From positions 1-64,000 of the IMG/VR virus record IMGVR_UViG_3300020205_001800: a stretch of 64,000 bases of DNA. One strand, given 5' to 3'. The notes under the pieces were generated by a model. That model was given only the letters and a program-made list of their open reading frames with translations. It was not told where the DNA came from and searched no databases. The position numbers were made by a program, and so were the translations under genes. Numbering within the stretch: position 1 is the first letter of the stretch; each line of letters starts with the position of its first letter. The DNA is from a virus. Below are positions 1 through 10,826 of the stretch, in pieces.

Positions 1-4
1 GTCA

Positions 5-958
5 ATGCCTATCCTTCGCTTCGAACAGTTCGCTGTTAAGAAGACAGAACTAGGCGTCGCACCTGGTCTCCAGATCAACTTCATGCGTTACAACAACCTC
101 GGCTTCGCGGGTTCACTCGTTGAAGGCGTTCGTATGTCAACAAACGCATTGACAGCCCAACAGTTCTCAATCACTGTTGCTGAGCACGGATACGCAATTG
201 CAGTATCAGAGCTCCTACTTAACGCATCATTCGATGACGTTATGGCATCAGCTTCACGTCTTCTTGGACGTAACATGGCTCTCTACCTTGATGGCCAGGC
301 TCGTGACACACTTATGGCAGCATCATCAGTCATCTACGGTGAAGATCGCACAGATCTAACAGCTGTAAATGCATGGTACGCAAACGGTACAAAGGGCACA
401 TCACGTGCTTCAATGACCGGTAACTTTGACTTGACACCTCACACTGTGAAGGATGCAGTCGAGACACTTGCTACAAAGAACATCCCTCGCCTTGGTGAGA
501 CATATGTTGCTTTCGTACACCCACACCAGAGCCGTAAGCTCCGCGACAACGCAGAGTTTATTGAAGTAACAAAGTACGCTGCTCCAGGTAACTTCATGCT
601 AGGTGAAATTGGTCGTTTGTACGACACAGTATTCATCGAAACAACACAGATCGAAAAGGTTGCAGGCGGAGCTGGCTCAGGCTACTCAGCTGACTCAACA
701 GTAGCTGCTGGTTCAATCGTTTACCCAACTGGTGGAGGATACACATCTCCAGCAACAAAAACAGGTAACGGTAACAAGGATCGCTACTCAGCAATCTTTA
801 TTGGTGACAACGCATTCGGTCACGCTATTTCACTTCCAGTGGAACTTCGTGATGGCGGTATTCTTGACTTCGGTCGTGAGCACGCTCTTGCTTGGTATGC
901 TATCTACGGTCTTGGTCTAATTACTGACCAATCTGTAGTTATTGCAGAAACCAACTAA
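5..958 (+). CDS. Major capsid protein (5' end probably lies upstream of the window)
   Basis: Capsid-like motifs (YVAFVHPHQ..LRD, GEIGRLYDTVFIET, DFGREHALAWYAIYG). The frame is open from the window edge and is followed by a strong stem-loop and head/tail genes. Confidence 0.88.
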   Translation: MPILRFEQFAVKKTELGVAPGLQINFMRYNNLGFAGSLVEGVRMSTNALTAQQFSITVAEHGYAIAVSELLLNASFDDVMASASRLLGRNMALYLDGQARDTLMAASSVIYGEDRTDLTAVNAWYANGTKGTSRASMTGNFDLTPHTVKDAVETLATKNIPRLGETYVAFVHPHQSRKLRDNAEFIEVTKYAAPGNFMLGEIGRLYDTVFIETTQIEKVAGGAGSGYSADSTVAAGSIVYPTGGGYTSPATKTGNGNKDRYSAIFIGDNAFGHAISLPVELRDGGILDFGREHALAWYAIYGLGLITDQSVVIAETN

Positions 959-979
959 TTTAAAAAAACCCCCCAAGTC

Positions 980-1015
980 GTTGTGGGGAGTAGGCAGTAG
1001 CTTATTCCCCACAAC
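980..1015 (+). promoter_or_regulatory. 16-bp stem-loop 3' of the capsid gene (mRNA-stabilising or processing element)
   Basis: GTTGTGGGGAGTAGGC-AGTA-GCTTATTCCCCACAAC with 2 G-U pairs and no U-tract. Confidence 0.55.
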
Positions 1016-1042
1016 ACTTAAAACACAAGGAGAATAATAATC

Positions 1043-1408
1043 GTGGCAAAAGCAAAAGTAACAGACGTCACAGGACGTGAACGTGAATCACAGATCAGAG
1101 CACATGCAGAAGAACTTGCAGAGCGTGCTGGACAAATGTCTATGGCTACAGCGCAAGCTGCGGCTAGATTAGAGACAGAAATTGTCGACCTAACCTCCCC
1201 ATCAAATCCAACAGTTCTTGATGAGGTTGAAGTTATTGGCGTAGACCTTGCAGATGATCTGCAAGTTATTCGTGTGGCAGAAGATTTAGAAAATGTAACC
1301 ATCGGCGCTGGAAATAACTACTCTTTCAAAGCCGGTCAAAAGTACAAGGTTGCAAAGCACGTAGCGGTTCATTTGCAGGAAAAGGGATACTTGTACGATC
1401 GTTTGTAA
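1043..1408 (+). CDS. Hypothetical virion-associated protein
   Basis: GTG start with AAGGAG RBS; lies directly after the capsid gene. Confidence 0.75.
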   Translation: MAKAKVTDVTGRERESQIRAHAEELAERAGQMSMATAQAAARLETEIVDLTSPSNPTVLDEVEVIGVDLADDLQVIRVAEDLENVTIGAGNNYSFKAGQKYKVAKHVAVHLQEKGYLYDRL

Positions 1409-1424
1409 ACCGCGTATCTAGGTC

Positions 1425-1471
1425 GCCCTCGTAGACAAATGCCCACCTGTCTGCGAGGGTTTTTACCTTTT
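1425..1471 (+). terminator. Rho-independent terminator
   Basis: GCCCTCGTAGACA...TGTCTGCGAGGGT followed by TTTTTACCTTTT. Confidence 0.75.
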
Positions 1472-1533
1472 GCGCTGAATATTTTAAGGAATAGCGAGAC
1501 CATATTGGATACCAGTAACATCGGAGGAGACAA

Positions 1534-2607
1534 GTGGCAACGCTAGCAACACTATCTGAACGCCTTCGCTACGAAATAGGCGACATCCCCCGCTCATTTG
1601 TTGAGGGTTTTGAAGGTGACGGAGTCACAAAACGATACCAACTCACCGTAGCTCCAGTTGAAGGCAGTAGCCTAGTAATAAAGGTAAACGGCGTTGACGT
1701 CTCTAACTCCGCATCTGTAGAAGAACAAACCGGTATGGTAATCCTGGCAGTGGCCCCACTAGCAGGTGTTGGAATTTCTATAACCGGGACAGCTTTTAAA
1801 TATTTTACAGTGGCCGAAATTGAACAGTATGTAAATACTGCGTTCATTCAACATGCTGCTAGTACAACCGATTCCAACGGAAGTCGAGCTACATTACTTT
1901 CCTTGGCTGGAATTGAAGAGTATCCACTTGTACTTTTGGCGTCAACTATGGCCCTATATACTTTAGCCACAGACGCAGCATTTGATATTGATATTATCTC
2001 TCCAGACGGAGTTTCTATCCCACGTTCTGAACGTTTCCGTCAACTTTCCGAAACTATTACCCAACGTAAAGAACAGTACAGAGAGCTATGCAACCTTCTT
2101 AACATTGGTCTGCATCGCATCGAGGTGTTTAACCTACGTCGTATTAGCCGCCTTACAAACAAGCTCGTTCCTATGTACCGACCAATGGAGATTGATGATG
2201 CTTCACTTCCGCAACGTGTGCGACTCCCAATTCCAGCGTATGGGGACATCACACCTGAAAGTACCGCTCTCACTAAAGACTTGTCAATGTACTCAGGAGA
2301 TGACTTTATCATTAAGCTTAAGTTCTCAATGGACCTTACTAACTACACTCCTAAATCTGAAATCAGACTTTTCCACACAGGTGGTCGCGCACAAATAGGT
2401 CCAGTAATTGTTGGAACATTTATAATTACAAAAACCCAATCTGTAGCCGGAGGTGTGTATGATACGCTTCAACTATTCCTTCCAGGATCTGTAACCAAAG
2501 ACTTGCCACGTACCGCGTATTACGACATACAGCTTATTGATAGTGAAAACCTAACGAAGACATATATTTCGGGCAAGGTGTTTACTAAGGAACAGGTAAC
2601 TCTGTGA
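1534..2607 (+). CDS. Head-tail adaptor/neck-like protein with beta-sandwich insertions
   Basis: GGAGG RBS. Has LRYEIGD N-terminus and FTVAEIEQY motif typical of head-tail connectors; the C-terminal GDDF..L...YYDIQL segment resembles an attachment domain. Position after capsid fits. Confidence 0.6.
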   Translation: MATLATLSERLRYEIGDIPRSFVEGFEGDGVTKRYQLTVAPVEGSSLVIKVNGVDVSNSASVEEQTGMVILAVAPLAGVGISITGTAFKYFTVAEIEQYVNTAFIQHAASTTDSNGSRATLLSLAGIEEYPLVLLASTMALYTLATDAAFDIDIISPDGVSIPRSERFRQLSETITQRKEQYRELCNLLNIGLHRIEVFNLRRISRLTNKLVPMYRPMEIDDASLPQRVRLPIPAYGDITPESTALTKDLSMYSGDDFIIKLKFSMDLTNYTPKSEIRLFHTGGRAQIGPVIVGTFIITKTQSVAGGVYDTLQLFLPGSVTKDLPRTAYYDIQLIDSENLTKTYISGKVFTKEQVTL

Positions 2608-5108
2608 CAAATCCAGAAATTGTAGAAATTATTGAACAACCTATTACAGTTATCACAATTGGCGCTGATCAAACAGGCGGCGTAGGACCAGTAGGGCCAG
2701 CGGGTCCAACTGGACCTAGAGGCGCAACTGGCGCAACTGGTGTAGGTGCAACTGGAGCTACAGGCCCTATGGGTGCTACCGGAGCTACCGGTGCAACTGG
2801 CGCAGTATCAACAACGCCAGGACCACGAGGCTTTGCTGGTGCAACTGGCCCCACAGGTCCTGAAGGTGCTGCATCACAAGTACCTGGACCTCAAGGTGAT
2901 AGAGGATCTACAGGTCCTGCAGGTGCCCAGGGTGATACTGGTCCACGAGGTTTTACTGGGCCTATCGGACCAACAGGTCCTAAGGGTGAAGACGGTTTAC
3001 AAGGCACGTCAATTAAATTTAAAGGCAGTGTCCCAACAGCAGCAGGACTTCCAACAACAGGCAATCAAAATAATGATGCTTGGATTGTGGATGCCGATGG
3101 CGATCTTTACGTTTGGGGCAGTGGCGTTTGGACAAGTGTTGGACAAATTGTTGGTCCTCAAGGACCTACAGGAGCGACAGGCGCTGCAAGTACAGTAACC
3201 GGACCACAAGGAGCGACAGGTGCAACAGGAGCGCAAGGACCTACTGGCCCTACTGGACAAACTGGCAATCTTGGACCCACAGGTCCGCAAGGAATTTCTG
3301 GACCTACAGGAAGCACTGGTCCTAGAGGACCGCAAGGAGATTTAGGCCCTACAGGTGCCGACTCTACTGTTACAGGTCCAACAGGATCTCAGGGACCTAC
3401 AGGTCCACAAGGAAACATTGGTGCTACTGGTCCTACAGGTGCTGCGTCAACTGTTGCTGGACCAACAGGTCCAACAGGGTTAACTGGTGCTACTGGTCCT
3501 ACAGGCCCTTCGGGATCATCTGTACGACTTTTAGGTTCGTTTAATTATTTTGGAGACCTGGATGTTACTGTCACAAACGCAAGTATTGGTGACACATATT
3601 TAGTTTTACTTGCGAGCCCGGAAAGTTTTGCGGGAAACCTTTGGACATGGAATGGCATAGGTTGGACTAACGCGGGGCAGATTCTTGGACCTACTGGAGA
3701 AACTGGACCAGCCGGAGACACTGGACCAGCTGGTCCCACAGGATCCACAGGAGAAGCAGGACCAACAGGTCCGACTGGAGCACAGGGCACTGGCGTAACA
3801 ATTCTTGGCTCGTATCCAAATGAAGCTGCGCTTATTGCTGCACACCCAACTTACACAACTCCACCAGCGGCTTGGGATAACTTTGCTTATTACGGACTTT
3901 ACGATTTAGTTACGGCTGGCAATCAAGTTTGGATTCTTGCCGGTACTGGCGGTTGGACCGTTGGCGGTGCACCTCCAGGATATAACTGGGCTCCATACAC
4001 CCAGCCACAAAACGGAGATAGCTATTTAGTAGCTGGAAATCTTTACGTTTGGTCTTCCAACACAAACTCTTGGATTAACGTTGGAAGTATTCAAGGACCT
4101 ACTGGTTCAACTGGGCCAACAGGACCAGAAGGACCAGAAGGACCAACCGGGCCGCAGGGTGAGCAAGGTTTTGTAGGAGAGCAAGGTTTACAAGGTAACG
4201 AGGGTCCTACAGGCCCAACAGGCGCAACTGGAACTGGTTTTGTTTATTTAGGTAACTATATAAATGGAAATGGTTACATAAGTGGAATTGCTGTTGTAAC
4301 AGGATCTGACGGTAATTTATATATTGCAACCGCAAACGGTGGATTAAATGACCCTGTTGGTAACACCGCCGAATGGGCTCTCTACTTACCTCACGGAGTC
4401 GAGGGATCAACAGGTCCAACAGGACCTACAGGTGCAGCATCTGAAGTTGCGGGCCCGACTGGTGAAGCTGGCCCTACTGGTCCAACTGGTGCACCCGGAC
4501 TTACGGGAGAAGCATCTGCATTTCTTGGTACGTGGAATAGCGTAACTGAATTTCTTGCCACATATCAAGGGGGGCAAGGATCTCTTCCAGCTGCTGACTG
4601 GTGGGCCTTTGTAAAAGACAATACTAACCCGAACAAAATTTACGTTGTTCGTGAAGACCCTAACTCTGCAACTGGTTGGGTAATTGATGATAACGAACAT
4701 TTTGTTTTACCTATCGGACCCACAGGTCCACAGGGTGAACCAGGATTAACAGGCCTTGAAGGAGATCCAGGCTTACCAGGTCCAACCGGACCACAGGGTA
4801 GGTTCTCTTACTCGCAAGACACCCCACCTACCTCTGGAAACAACGGCGATGCCTGGTTTGATTCTTCATCCGGATCCGCCTACATTTACTACGACAGCTT
4901 CTGGGTTGAAGTTGGTGTTGCACCTATTGGCCCTACTGGTCCGCAGGGTCCAGCTGGTCCTATTCAAGATATTTTGCCAGTTATCAACTCTGCGTTTATA
5001 CATGCAAATCATCAAGGAATCGTAGTATCCTTTGATGAACCAACATCAGAGATAAGAATTATTTCTGATGTAGCTTTTATTGAAGCAGTAGCCCTAGCGG
5101 GACTATAA
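2604..5108 (+). CDS. Collagen-like fibre protein with interspersed globular knuckle domains
   Basis: Long Gly-X-Y runs (GPT/GAT/GPQ) interrupted by GDxYxV..LYVW...W..VG.I domains. Confidence 0.9.
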   Translation: MTNPEIVEIIEQPITVITIGADQTGGVGPVGPAGPTGPRGATGATGVGATGATGPMGATGATGATGAVSTTPGPRGFAGATGPTGPEGAASQVPGPQGDRGSTGPAGAQGDTGPRGFTGPIGPTGPKGEDGLQGTSIKFKGSVPTAAGLPTTGNQNNDAWIVDADGDLYVWGSGVWTSVGQIVGPQGPTGATGAASTVTGPQGATGATGAQGPTGPTGQTGNLGPTGPQGISGPTGSTGPRGPQGDLGPTGADSTVTGPTGSQGPTGPQGNIGATGPTGAASTVAGPTGPTGLTGATGPTGPSGSSVRLLGSFNYFGDLDVTVTNASIGDTYLVLLASPESFAGNLWTWNGIGWTNAGQILGPTGETGPAGDTGPAGPTGSTGEAGPTGPTGAQGTGVTILGSYPNEAALIAAHPTYTTPPAAWDNFAYYGLYDLVTAGNQVWILAGTGGWTVGGAPPGYNWAPYTQPQNGDSYLVAGNLYVWSSNTNSWINVGSIQGPTGSTGPTGPEGPEGPTGPQGEQGFVGEQGLQGNEGPTGPTGATGTGFVYLGNYINGNGYISGIAVVTGSDGNLYIATANGGLNDPVGNTAEWALYLPHGVEGSTGPTGPTGAASEVAGPTGEAGPTGPTGAPGLTGEASAFLGTWNSVTEFLATYQGGQGSLPAADWWAFVKDNTNPNKIYVVREDPNSATGWVIDDNEHFVLPIGPTGPQGEPGLTGLEGDPGLPGPTGPQGRFSYSQDTPPTSGNNGDAWFDSSSGSAYIYYDSFWVEVGVAPIGPTGPQGPAGPIQDILPVINSAFIHANHQGIVVSFDEPTSEIRIISDVAFIEAVALAGL

Positions 5109-5117
5109 GGAGACACA

Positions 5118-5834
5118 GTGCCAATTAATCCAGATTTCTCGGCCTTAGAAGCGGTTATTACCGCAAAGGTTGAGTCTGTTGCGACCAACATCGACAACAA
5201 AGATCTTTTAATTCAGATGAAGGCTTTGGAAGCAGCAGTTGCTAACCTAGCCCTAACAAGAGTTATTGCAGAGGGTACTTATCAACAGGGCCAAGTTACT
5301 TCTACAGCCGCAACAGCCGTTACTAACTTAAATGCAGGTGTTACTACAGCCCAAACCAGCTTAAACGGAATTGTAACAACTGCAACTACTAACTTAAATG
5401 CAGCGGCAACTACCGCTATCTCTAACTTTAACGCAGTAGCAACACCTACTCTGGCCACCATTAACCAACTTTTAGATGATCTTGGAGAGACTAATACTGC
5501 CGATATCATTGCGTTAGTAAACTCATCCCTAACCTCTATAACAAACGCTGCAAACTCAGCCAACTCTTCAATTTCATCTGCTCTAAACGACGCTCAAACC
5601 GTCATATCTTCTGTTGGTACTTCGGCTATCGGGTCTGTAAATGACGCTAGAGACGCTGCTGCGGGGGTTCTTTCGACCACACAGAGCTCAGCCGTCACGA
5701 GTATTAACAGTGCTAGAGATCAAGCTTTGGCGGCAGTAAGTGCCTCCGGAGACGTCACAAATCAGATTAACTTTCTAAGAAATGACCGTTGGTTAGGCCT
5801 AGACATATTTGCCCCTACAAATTACAGCAATTGA
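5118..5834 (+). CDS. Ala/Thr/Ser-rich coiled-coil fibre protein
   Basis: AAGGAG RBS and GTG start; heptad-like A/T/N/S-rich sequence. N-terminus resembles that of ORF 5899. Confidence 0.7.
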   Translation: MPINPDFSALEAVITAKVESVATNIDNKDLLIQMKALEAAVANLALTRVIAEGTYQQGQVTSTAATAVTNLNAGVTTAQTSLNGIVTTATTNLNAAATTAISNFNAVATPTLATINQLLDDLGETNTADIIALVNSSLTSITNAANSANSSISSALNDAQTVISSVGTSAIGSVNDARDAAAGVLSTTQSSAVTSINSARDQALAAVSASGDVTNQINFLRNDRWLGLDIFAPTNYSN

Positions 5835-5898
5835 GGTTAAAAATTAAAAATTCTATGTATACTATAACCATGGGTAGCACCCTCGAAGGAGAAATCTA

Positions 5899-7275
5899 AT
5901 GCCAACATATACAGCTCTTAATACGCAAATTGATGCGGTTAAAGCAGAAATAACCTCATCGCTTGCAGCGAGCACGTATACAGCTCAAGACTTGGTATAC
6001 ATTGCCAAGACACTTGAGACTTTGGGCAACCTTCTAGGTATCAATGATCTAGCAGCAGCCTCTGTCGATGCTCAAGCAGCACTCAACGATACACTTGAAG
6101 CAATTCTGGATGGAACAGCTCCTGCTAACGTAGGTAAGTTGTACGTTGGTGCAGAAGCACAAGATTTTGAAACAGCCGCTAGCTTGCAAAACCCAGCAGT
6201 AATTGTCTCTATTGATTCAGACGATTACGCTCAGATCTCGTTCCAGAACGCTGGAAACGGAACTGCCTCTTCAACTGACTTTATTGCATACGCAGAAAAT
6301 GGAACCGATAGCTCTGGTTACATTGATATGGGTATCACATCATCAACATTTAATGACCCTGACTTTACAATTACAGGTCCAAACGATGGATACATCTTTA
6401 TGGTGGCTCCAGAAGTTTTGACTACATCTATTAATGGTAAGTCTTTAACAAATAACGTAGCAACTTTAACAACAACAACTGCACACGGATTCCGCGTAGG
6501 CATGCCAGTTGTTATTTCTGGCGTAGACGGAGTATTCAACGGATCTTACACAATCTCCGCAATCCCTACAACAACAAGTTTTAGATATGCAAAAACAAAC
6601 GGTGACGTAACATTTGCTGGAGTAACTCCTTCAGGAACAGCACTTGCTGGAACAACTGGAAACGGTAACTTAGTTTTTGCAACTGGCGATGCTGGCGATC
6701 AAAACCGCATTGTGTTTGCTGCTGGTGGTCTTGCCTCTGACAACACACAGATGATCATTATCCCAGATCAACAAGTACACATTGAAATTGATACTGAGTC
6801 TACTTCTCCACAGACAGGTGCGCTCCGCGTAGCTGGTGGTCTTGGAGTTAGTGGAAACGTAAATATCGGTGGTGACGTAAACATCACAGGTACTATCTCA
6901 TTTACTGGTGGCGGAACAACAGTTGAGACTGCAAACATCTCCATCGTTGCTCCTATGATCTTTACCGCACAGGACAACCCTTCAAATCTTCTAGACTTTT
7001 CACTTGTTGGTGAGTACAACGTCGGTGGGTCTGATAAGTGGGCTGCTGTGTCTAAGGATGCTACAGACGGTATTTGGAACTTCGTATCCAACATTACTAC
7101 AAAGCCGACTACCACAATCAACTACGCACAAGCAGGACTTGTGTATGACACTATCAAGGTTAATCAAGCAGTACTAGTATCCGCACCAACAATCGGATCT
7201 CACGCAGCAACTAAGAGTTATACTGACCTACAACGTCAAGCTAACGAAATTGCCCAGGTAATGGGCGCTTACTAA
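5899..7275 (+). CDS. Tail fibre/appendage protein
   Basis: TTTAHGFRVG..VVISGV beta module, STSPQTGALRVAGGLGV beta-helix motif and HAATKSYTD fibre motif. Confidence 0.75.
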   Translation: MPTYTALNTQIDAVKAEITSSLAASTYTAQDLVYIAKTLETLGNLLGINDLAAASVDAQAALNDTLEAILDGTAPANVGKLYVGAEAQDFETAASLQNPAVIVSIDSDDYAQISFQNAGNGTASSTDFIAYAENGTDSSGYIDMGITSSTFNDPDFTITGPNDGYIFMVAPEVLTTSINGKSLTNNVATLTTTTAHGFRVGMPVVISGVDGVFNGSYTISAIPTTTSFRYAKTNGDVTFAGVTPSGTALAGTTGNGNLVFATGDAGDQNRIVFAAGGLASDNTQMIIIPDQQVHIEIDTESTSPQTGALRVAGGLGVSGNVNIGGDVNITGTISFTGGGTTVETANISIVAPMIFTAQDNPSNLLDFSLVGEYNVGGSDKWAAVSKDATDGIWNFVSNITTKPTTTINYAQAGLVYDTIKVNQAVLVSAPTIGSHAATKSYTDLQRQANEIAQVMGAY

Positions 7276-7316
7276 TCCTAGTAAGAACTAATAGTTACTC
7301 AGGAGGTAACAAGTAA

Positions 7317-7619
7317 ATGGCAAATACAGTAAAGAAGCTGTTCCGAGGAAACTTAACAACCTCCGCAGCAGACGTATATCAAGTACCTAGCGCAACTACT
7401 GCGGTAGTAACTAACATCGTGTTGACTAACACTACAAGCTCAGTGCTAACAGCAACAGTAAAGTTGGGAACATTTGATGTTCTATCAGCTGTTTCTGTAC
7501 CTGCAAATGGAATCTTTGCTTTTGACCTAAAGCAGGTCCTTGAAGCAACAGACACTCTAAACGCACTTGCTTCAGCAGCTGGCGTACGACTCCACGTTTC
7601 AGGGATGGAGATTAACTAA
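7317..7619 (+). CDS. Small beta-sandwich virion protein (paralogue of 14829)
   Basis: GGAGG RBS; YQVPSATTAVVTNIVLTN...VSGMEI pattern is shared with ORF 14829. Confidence 0.75.
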   Translation: MANTVKKLFRGNLTTSAADVYQVPSATTAVVTNIVLTNTTSSVLTATVKLGTFDVLSAVSVPANGIFAFDLKQVLEATDTLNALASAAGVRLHVSGMEIN

Positions 7620-7621
7620 TA

Positions 7622-10471
7622 ATGGCTTCTCTAGTATACCCATCCACCTCTGGTGCGGGCGTAGGTGCATTAACCTATAGCTTTGCAGCAGTCCCAGGTG
7701 CAGAATACGACACTACCGAGCTCAATGCCAGTAGCGTTTATGAATTTCGTGCTCAAGAAGAGCCACTTACAGTTGCTATCTACGCTGTAGGTAACCTAAC
7801 TAACCCTGCTGAAACTGTATCCTTAGCTAAAGGAAAAGGTTTTACACACAGCGGAACTATTGCCCGTATCCGAATCCTAACCGCAACAAGCGGCGGAGTT
7901 TCTTCTAATTCTGGTACAGGATCAACACTTCTTATTATTAAGTACAGCTCATCCACACCAACTCGTACAGGTTCTGTAAACGATGGTTTGGGCGATGTCT
8001 ACGTACACACTGAAAAGAGCCCAGACTGGTTTGCTTACGAAGGCTATGGTATGACGTCTACTCGTATTCCTATGACTGCCCGTCTTGACGGAACAGCAAA
8101 CACTGCCGCTTGGGTAGCTTGGACATACGACTCAACTGGAGCTGGTGTATATCGTTTTAGAAACACTCCTAGTACTGGAAATGGTATTGGAACTTCTAAT
8201 ACTACATTTTCTGGTATTGCAGGTAACTTCTTCTATAAGGCACTAAACAACACAACTAATACTTGGACACGTTTAGCTGATATTCCTCTACCTGTAGTTA
8301 GCGTTGAAAACGGAACTACTTTTTCTGAGCAACGCCTACGTCGTGGATTTATTTGGGATCAAGGAGACGAATTGTACGTAATGTTCCGTACAGTAGACTC
8401 TCGTACACAAACAATCAACGCAGTTCAGTACACTTCATCAAACCAATATTTCTATATCTATACAAAGGCTACAGATACTTGGACATTTGTTGGAGCTTAC
8501 AACGTCGGAAACACTGGCTATAACAGCTACGTAGATGGTCCTATGATGGCGTTTGTTCACACTATTAGCGGAGTCAAGTACTTCTACAACTGGCAGAACG
8601 AACGTTCTGGAAACGGCTTTGTTCGATACAACGTCTCTACAGGTGTTCGTGAAACCATTACAGCTGCAGCAGATACTTGGAACGAAGGTATTTACGTAAA
8701 TAACTACTTCCTTGCAACTCCTTCTCAGGGTATTGGTAACACTGACGGTGGTGCAACTGACTACCAGATTTACGACCCAACTAACAACGTATGGGCTAAG
8801 GTAACCCCTCCATCACGTTTGAATGAGGCATCTACTTGGTTCCGTGGCGGTCAGATTTTCCGTTACAACTCAACATCTTTCGGTGTTATTGGTCGTCGTA
8901 CCTATACAACAGATAACGCAGCTCCTTCTAACGGTGACCGTTACTATGGTCGACGTTTGTGGATCTATGACACAGCTACACAGTCTTTGGACCGTTGGCT
9001 AGACAAGTCTTCTGATCTAGACGACTTCTACCCACAGGCTATGCGTCCATCTCGAGATGTTCGAGGCGCCTATGTATTCCAACCTCAGGGTTCAAACTGG
9101 AACGGTCGATTCTTCCGTTTCGTAGATAACTTTGGTGGTAGCGCCGTCACTCGATTTAACCATGACTACGTAGATGTGTTTAAGCCTAAGAAGGTTGAAG
9201 CCATCGGTATGTACCGTTCTCGTGGAGAAATGTCAGTAGGTCTAAACTCAGTACTAGCTTTTGGACACGCAAGAAACGCATTTTCCCGTTCAACTACCTA
9301 CGTTATGTACACCCAACACTCACAGGATTCTGAAGTTAGAGGTGGACGTTCAAGTGGAGATACCTATGATTCAACTGTAAAGCAACGTCACGCATTTGAG
9401 TCTTGGGGTGCGGAATTGATTACAACTTCAGGAGAAGTTTACCCAGTTCTTCATGAAATGCCTATTATCCAAAGTATTTACGATGCGCAAATGCGTCGGT
9501 ACTATGTAACAGGCTTCTTGCCTTCTCGTTTAGGTTATCACTGGAATGATGGCGATATTGCAAACAACACCTACCAAAGAACACCTTGGCGTCAAGTTTC
9601 TGCAATTGTAGAAGAAGACACTGGTAAATTTTGGTACATGGACTACAACCAAACAGGTGATGAAAACTCTGGTGCGTACACTGTTGGTTGGAACCAGCAG
9701 AACTCTTACACATCTTCATCTGAATCTCCAGGAGAACTTGCTATCTACTCAAACGGTAAAGCGTTTAAGCCTGGAATTCACTTCATCCGACCTTACTCAG
9801 ACAACCACTGGGAAACATACAACATCTGGAACTTGTTCAGCACGCCATTTGGTTGGAGCCAGCGTTGGACTAACTACACTTGGTACTCTAACCAGTACAC
9901 AGGTGGAGGTATAGCCCCTCAGGGTTATCTATTTGGTCACGATGTTCTTGATAACGGCTATGTTCAGCTTGTTAAGTTTGGAACTGGCCGAATCAATGCT
10001 GTAGGTATTCCAGAAGGATCTATTTTCTGGGATGGTCGCGCATTGGTTCAGTACAGTCGTGAGACTGGAGTTGCTCCGTTTACAGCTGCTCAAACTGGCT
10101 GGCGTCGTCTGCATACAACCTCTAGCCCATACTGGTCTCAAGACACCACTATGCTACGTACACCACACGTGTGGTTTGACGGTCGCTACGCTATCTGCGA
10201 AAAGTCTGATGGCACTGGTTACTATGTATTTGACATGGATAACCTAGCGTTTGAGCCAAAGGTTATTCCGTCTCACATCCCTAATAACTCTCGTCCAACA
10301 CCTGCTTATCTAGCAGCAAACTCTGGAACAATCGGAAACGAAACCTGGCGATACTCTTACAACAAGGCTTGCCTTGGTGGAGTGGAGATCATTGCTGGAG
10401 GTTCAGAACAAGACAGCGTACGTACTTGGCGAAATCCAGGTTACTTCATCGTAAGATCTAAGGAGGTCTAA
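7622..10471 (+). CDS. Large beta-propeller (Kelch-like) protein, putative receptor-binding appendage
   Basis: Repeated Y(D/N)..TNTW motifs (NTWTRLADIP, YTKATDTWTF, YDPTNNVWAK); rich in aromatic residues, Gly and Thr. Confidence 0.6.
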   Translation: MASLVYPSTSGAGVGALTYSFAAVPGAEYDTTELNASSVYEFRAQEEPLTVAIYAVGNLTNPAETVSLAKGKGFTHSGTIARIRILTATSGGVSSNSGTGSTLLIIKYSSSTPTRTGSVNDGLGDVYVHTEKSPDWFAYEGYGMTSTRIPMTARLDGTANTAAWVAWTYDSTGAGVYRFRNTPSTGNGIGTSNTTFSGIAGNFFYKALNNTTNTWTRLADIPLPVVSVENGTTFSEQRLRRGFIWDQGDELYVMFRTVDSRTQTINAVQYTSSNQYFYIYTKATDTWTFVGAYNVGNTGYNSYVDGPMMAFVHTISGVKYFYNWQNERSGNGFVRYNVSTGVRETITAAADTWNEGIYVNNYFLATPSQGIGNTDGGATDYQIYDPTNNVWAKVTPPSRLNEASTWFRGGQIFRYNSTSFGVIGRRTYTTDNAAPSNGDRYYGRRLWIYDTATQSLDRWLDKSSDLDDFYPQAMRPSRDVRGAYVFQPQGSNWNGRFFRFVDNFGGSAVTRFNHDYVDVFKPKKVEAIGMYRSRGEMSVGLNSVLAFGHARNAFSRSTTYVMYTQHSQDSEVRGGRSSGDTYDSTVKQRHAFESWGAELITTSGEVYPVLHEMPIIQSIYDAQMRRYYVTGFLPSRLGYHWNDGDIANNTYQRTPWRQVSAIVEEDTGKFWYMDYNQTGDENSGAYTVGWNQQNSYTSSSESPGELAIYSNGKAFKPGIHFIRPYSDNHWETYNIWNLFSTPFGWSQRWTNYTWYSNQYTGGGIAPQGYLFGHDVLDNGYVQLVKFGTGRINAVGIPEGSIFWDGRALVQYSRETGVAPFTAAQTGWRRLHTTSSPYWSQDTTMLRTPHVWFDGRYAICEKSDGTGYYVFDMDNLAFEPKVIPSHIPNNSRPTPAYLAANSGTIGNETWRYSYNKACLGGVEIIAGGSEQDSVRTWRNPGYFIVRSKEV

Positions 10472-10473
10472 TA

Positions 10474-10761
10474 ATGGCACTTACTTCATCAGTAGATAAG
10501 AAAGTTGCAACAATTCTACACGAAGACGGCGGTGTTTATTTAACACAGTCCTTCGATCCAACAAAGGAAGGGTTCACCCCCTTTGCTAACAATGCAGCTG
10601 CACAAGCTTGGGCAGATGCGTTTATCGTTGCTGAAGCCGCAGAGATTGCAGCCCGTGCTGAAGCGGAAGAGGCTAAAAAGGCCGCTATCCTAGCTGACGA
10701 AGCTGCACTTCTTGAAGGAGTTCTTGTAGAAGAATCAGGTTCAGAAGAGCCTGTAGAATAA
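10474..10761 (+). CDS. Hypothetical protein (possible fibre assembly factor)
   Basis: GGAGG RBS; Q.FDP...PF....AQAWA motif followed by an acidic coil. Confidence 0.7.
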   Translation: MALTSSVDKKVATILHEDGGVYLTQSFDPTKEGFTPFANNAAAQAWADAFIVAEAAEIAARAEAEEAKKAAILADEAALLEGVLVEESGSEEPVE

Positions 10762-10778
10762 TTTAAAAAAGAACGGTA

Positions 10779-10811
10779 TGATAGGCGGGTCCCACAAGGA
10801 CCCGCCTATCA
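10779..10811. terminator. Perfect 14-bp hairpin (terminator or processing site)
   Basis: TGATAGGCGGGTCC-CACAA-GGACCCGCCTATCA in an intergenic gap; the U-tract is weak. Confidence 0.55.
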
Positions 10812-10826
10812 CTATTTGGAGATAAA

